Positions 30,358 through 32,000 of a stretch of DNA of 32,000 nt are shown in pieces; the stretch's first letter is position 1; every line of letters starts with the position of its first letter. The notes beneath the pieces were generated by a model. That model was not told the origin of the DNA and searched no databases. It worked only from the letters and a program-made list of their open reading frames with translations. Both the position numbers and the translations under genes were made by a program. The DNA comes from Ignicoccus hospitalis KIN4/I (GTDB lineage Archaea; Thermoproteota; Thermoprotei_A; Sulfolobales; Ignicoccaceae), in assembly GCF_000017945.1 (NCBI RefSeq), contig NC_009776.1, positions 990,001-1,022,000 of the forward strand, in the 5' to 3' direction.

Positions 30358-31969
30358 GCTCCGCCAGGTGGGCGTAGTACAAGGCCGTGTAGGCCAAGAA
30401 CTCCGCCGCCACGGGGTCGGTCCTCAGCAAGCTGCCCACGTACTGGGAGTAGTTGTAAGCAATGAAGGAGGGAGTCCTACAGTAGCTCCTCCCCACGACC
30501 AAGGGCATCACCTCTTTGGCAACCACCGTGCTGTTCTGTATACTGCCCAAGGCGTCTGCAGAGTTCTCGAAGGCGAAGGATGAAAGCCCTATCACCTTGA
30601 AGAAGTTTCCGTCAAACATGGCCTTAGCCATCTCGTCGACGGAGTCCTCGATCTGGTTGGTTAGCGCGTTACCCGGGGGAACCACGCTCAAGGCGTACCT
30701 CGCAGCGGCCAGCCCGAGGGCGTAGGCCTCCCTCGCCAAGGCGTGCAAGTCCCTAATCGGAGGGGCGTAGGGCACTTGGGCGAGCTCCTCCACCGCGGAG
30801 GCCCAGAGCTCCACGCTCACTGCCCTCGCCTTGGCCCTAGCTAGCGTGGAAGCCACGGAGGATAGCGACTGGGGGGCGGTGAAGTTCGCGTGGGCCTCCA
30901 AGAACTTTATCATCTCTTTGAGCCTGAACTCCCTGTTGTACACGGCTGCGCAAGCTTCAGCGCTCCAGTAGTTGGCCCCGCAGCCGGAGGGCTCCAGCTC
31001 GGCGTACCTCTTCAACCCGTCCACTTCAGTCTTTATTACATCTTTTGCCTTATCTATTGAACTTACGTTGAGAAGCCTGTTATAGTAAATCGTGTAGGCG
31101 TTTATCAAGGCGGTGAAGGCGTAGCTCGCCGCGGCGTAGTAGTTGCCCTCCTCCGCCGCCCACCTAGCGAACTTCAAGTTCTTCGTTATTTCGGTGCTAT
31201 TTATATTGTACTTTTTCATCAGCTCTACAGTCATATCGTAGAGCTTCTTGTAGTGGCTCTCGAACACGTTAAGCTTCTTCAGCTCCTCCGGAGGGTTGCA
31301 GACCTCCCCCAAGGCGGCCGTGACGTTCTGGTTGGTGAAGTACTTCGCCGCGTCTATTATGCTCTCCACGGTGATTACCTTGAGGCCCTTAACGGGCACC
31401 GCCTCGCCCACGGGCACCAAGAACGTGTCTATGCCGTAGCTCTTGACGGCCTTAGCCTTTACGTTTACTCCTCCAACCACCAACACTTCGCCGCCGAGGC
31501 CTATCATTCCGGTCATGGCCGGGTGGTTGACAGCCCTTAAGTTGAGTAAGCTCAAGAGGGTTAAGGTGGAGGCCAGCGCGCTCCCGCTGGGGCCAGCGGC
31601 CCTAAAGGTAATGTTGTAGCCCAAGTCCTCTAGGTAGTAGAGGTAGTCAAAGCTCGTTAGCGGCTTGCCGGCCACTATGGCCGCCGCTACTGCGGCCCCT
31701 CCCATAGAGCCTTGGAAGTCGTAGCCCAACAAGGCCCCTCCGACGTAGTACCTACCCTCCCCCGGCAGCGTCCGGACGCTCAAGTTCGAGAGCGCGCCGG
31801 AGGTAGAGCCCACCACCGCCGGGGCGTAGCCCCAGTAGCCCGCCGGGGGCGAGTAAGTCAAGGCGGGGTAGGCCAGCATTAAGGTTCCTAGTAGGAGCAG
31901 CGCTAAGCTAAGCCCCTCGCTCCTGCTCAAAGCCGCGTACCCAGCGGGCCCCCTCTTCGGCGTTAACAA
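30350..31969 (-). CDS. Secreted/membrane-anchored Lon-like (S16) serine protease domain protein with a long helical C-terminal region
   Basis: 539 aa with an N-terminal hydrophobic anchor (LSLALLLLGTLMLAY). It has a Lon proteolytic-domain signature with Ser (RAAGPSGSALASTLTLLS, cf. DGPSAG) and Lys (GLGGEVLVVGGVNVKAKAV, cf. GxVxxVGGxxxKxxAA). Many N-x-S/T sequons are present. It resembles the archaeal predicted serine proteases of the COG1750 type, from memory. Confidence 0.55.
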   Translation of the reverse strand: MLTPKRGPAGYAALSRSEGLSLALLLLGTLMLAYPALTYSPPAGYWGYAPAVVGSTSGALSNLSVRTLPGEGRYYVGGALLGYDFQGSMGGAAVAAAIVAGKPLTSFDYLYYLEDLGYNITFRAAGPSGSALASTLTLLSLLNLRAVNHPAMTGMIGLGGEVLVVGGVNVKAKAVKSYGIDTFLVPVGEAVPVKGLKVITVESIIDAAKYFTNQNVTAALGEVCNPPEELKKLNVFESHYKKLYDMTVELMKKYNINSTEITKNLKFARWAAEEGNYYAAASYAFTALINAYTIYYNRLLNVSSIDKAKDVIKTEVDGLKRYAELEPSGCGANYWSAEACAAVYNREFRLKEMIKFLEAHANFTAPQSLSSVASTLARAKARAVSVELWASAVEELAQVPYAPPIRDLHALAREAYALGLAAARYALSVVPPGNALTNQIEDSVDEMAKAMFDGNFFKVIGLSSFAFENSADALGSIQNSTVVAKEVMPLVVGRSYCRTPSFIAYNYSQYVGSLLRTDPVAAEFLAYTALYYAHLAELN

Positions 31970-32000
31970 AGATAATCTAATTCCGCGCTCTCGAGCTAGG

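Noticed and set aside
30350-31969. The Lon-like protein as a CalpL-like CRISPR signalling protease partnered with the CARF protein Csa3
   Set aside because: It has an N-terminal signal/anchor and many glycosylation sequons, which implies an extracellular location. It has no SAVED/CARF sensor domain, and it is convergent with csa3 rather than co-transcribed.

Overview
This is a GC-rich, very gene-dense archaeal chromosome segment. Hjc, TFE, aIF5A, Trm56, TmcA, Csa-type Cas proteins and mostly TTG/GTG starts suggest a hyperthermophilic crenarchaeote, possibly Desulfurococcales-like; the taxon is inference only. The left two thirds (1-19800) are housekeeping genes: GluRS, PEP synthase, RNA-modification enzymes (TmcA, Trm56, TrmI), tRNA-Leu(CAG), TFE, an orphan C5 DNA methyltransferase, Hjc, aIF5A, an RNA-ligase-like protein and an octahaem c-type cytochrome. 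The right third is a type I-A CRISPR-Cas locus. It has a 7-repeat array (19879-20307), apparently transcribed on the minus strand from an AT-rich leader. The adaptation operon csa1-cas1-cas2-cas4 (+) converges on the interference operon csa5-cas7-cas5a-cas8a-cas3'-cas3'' (-), with csa3 alongside and no cas6 in the window. Four signals are not explained by the gene calls. (1) Three intergenic 57-60 nt elements have box C/D sRNA architecture, and their terminal K-turn boxes deviate from consensus in mutually compensating ways. (2) A second, orphan Csa3 (CARF-wHTH) paralog sits divergent from ppsA, about 13 kb from the array. (3) Palindromic AAAGCTTT boxes occur in cas promoter regions. (4) A Gly/Arg-rich Trm56 tail is overprinted on tfe. 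I found no convincing wholly novel multi-gene system. All family calls come from motif recognition by eye, with no database search.
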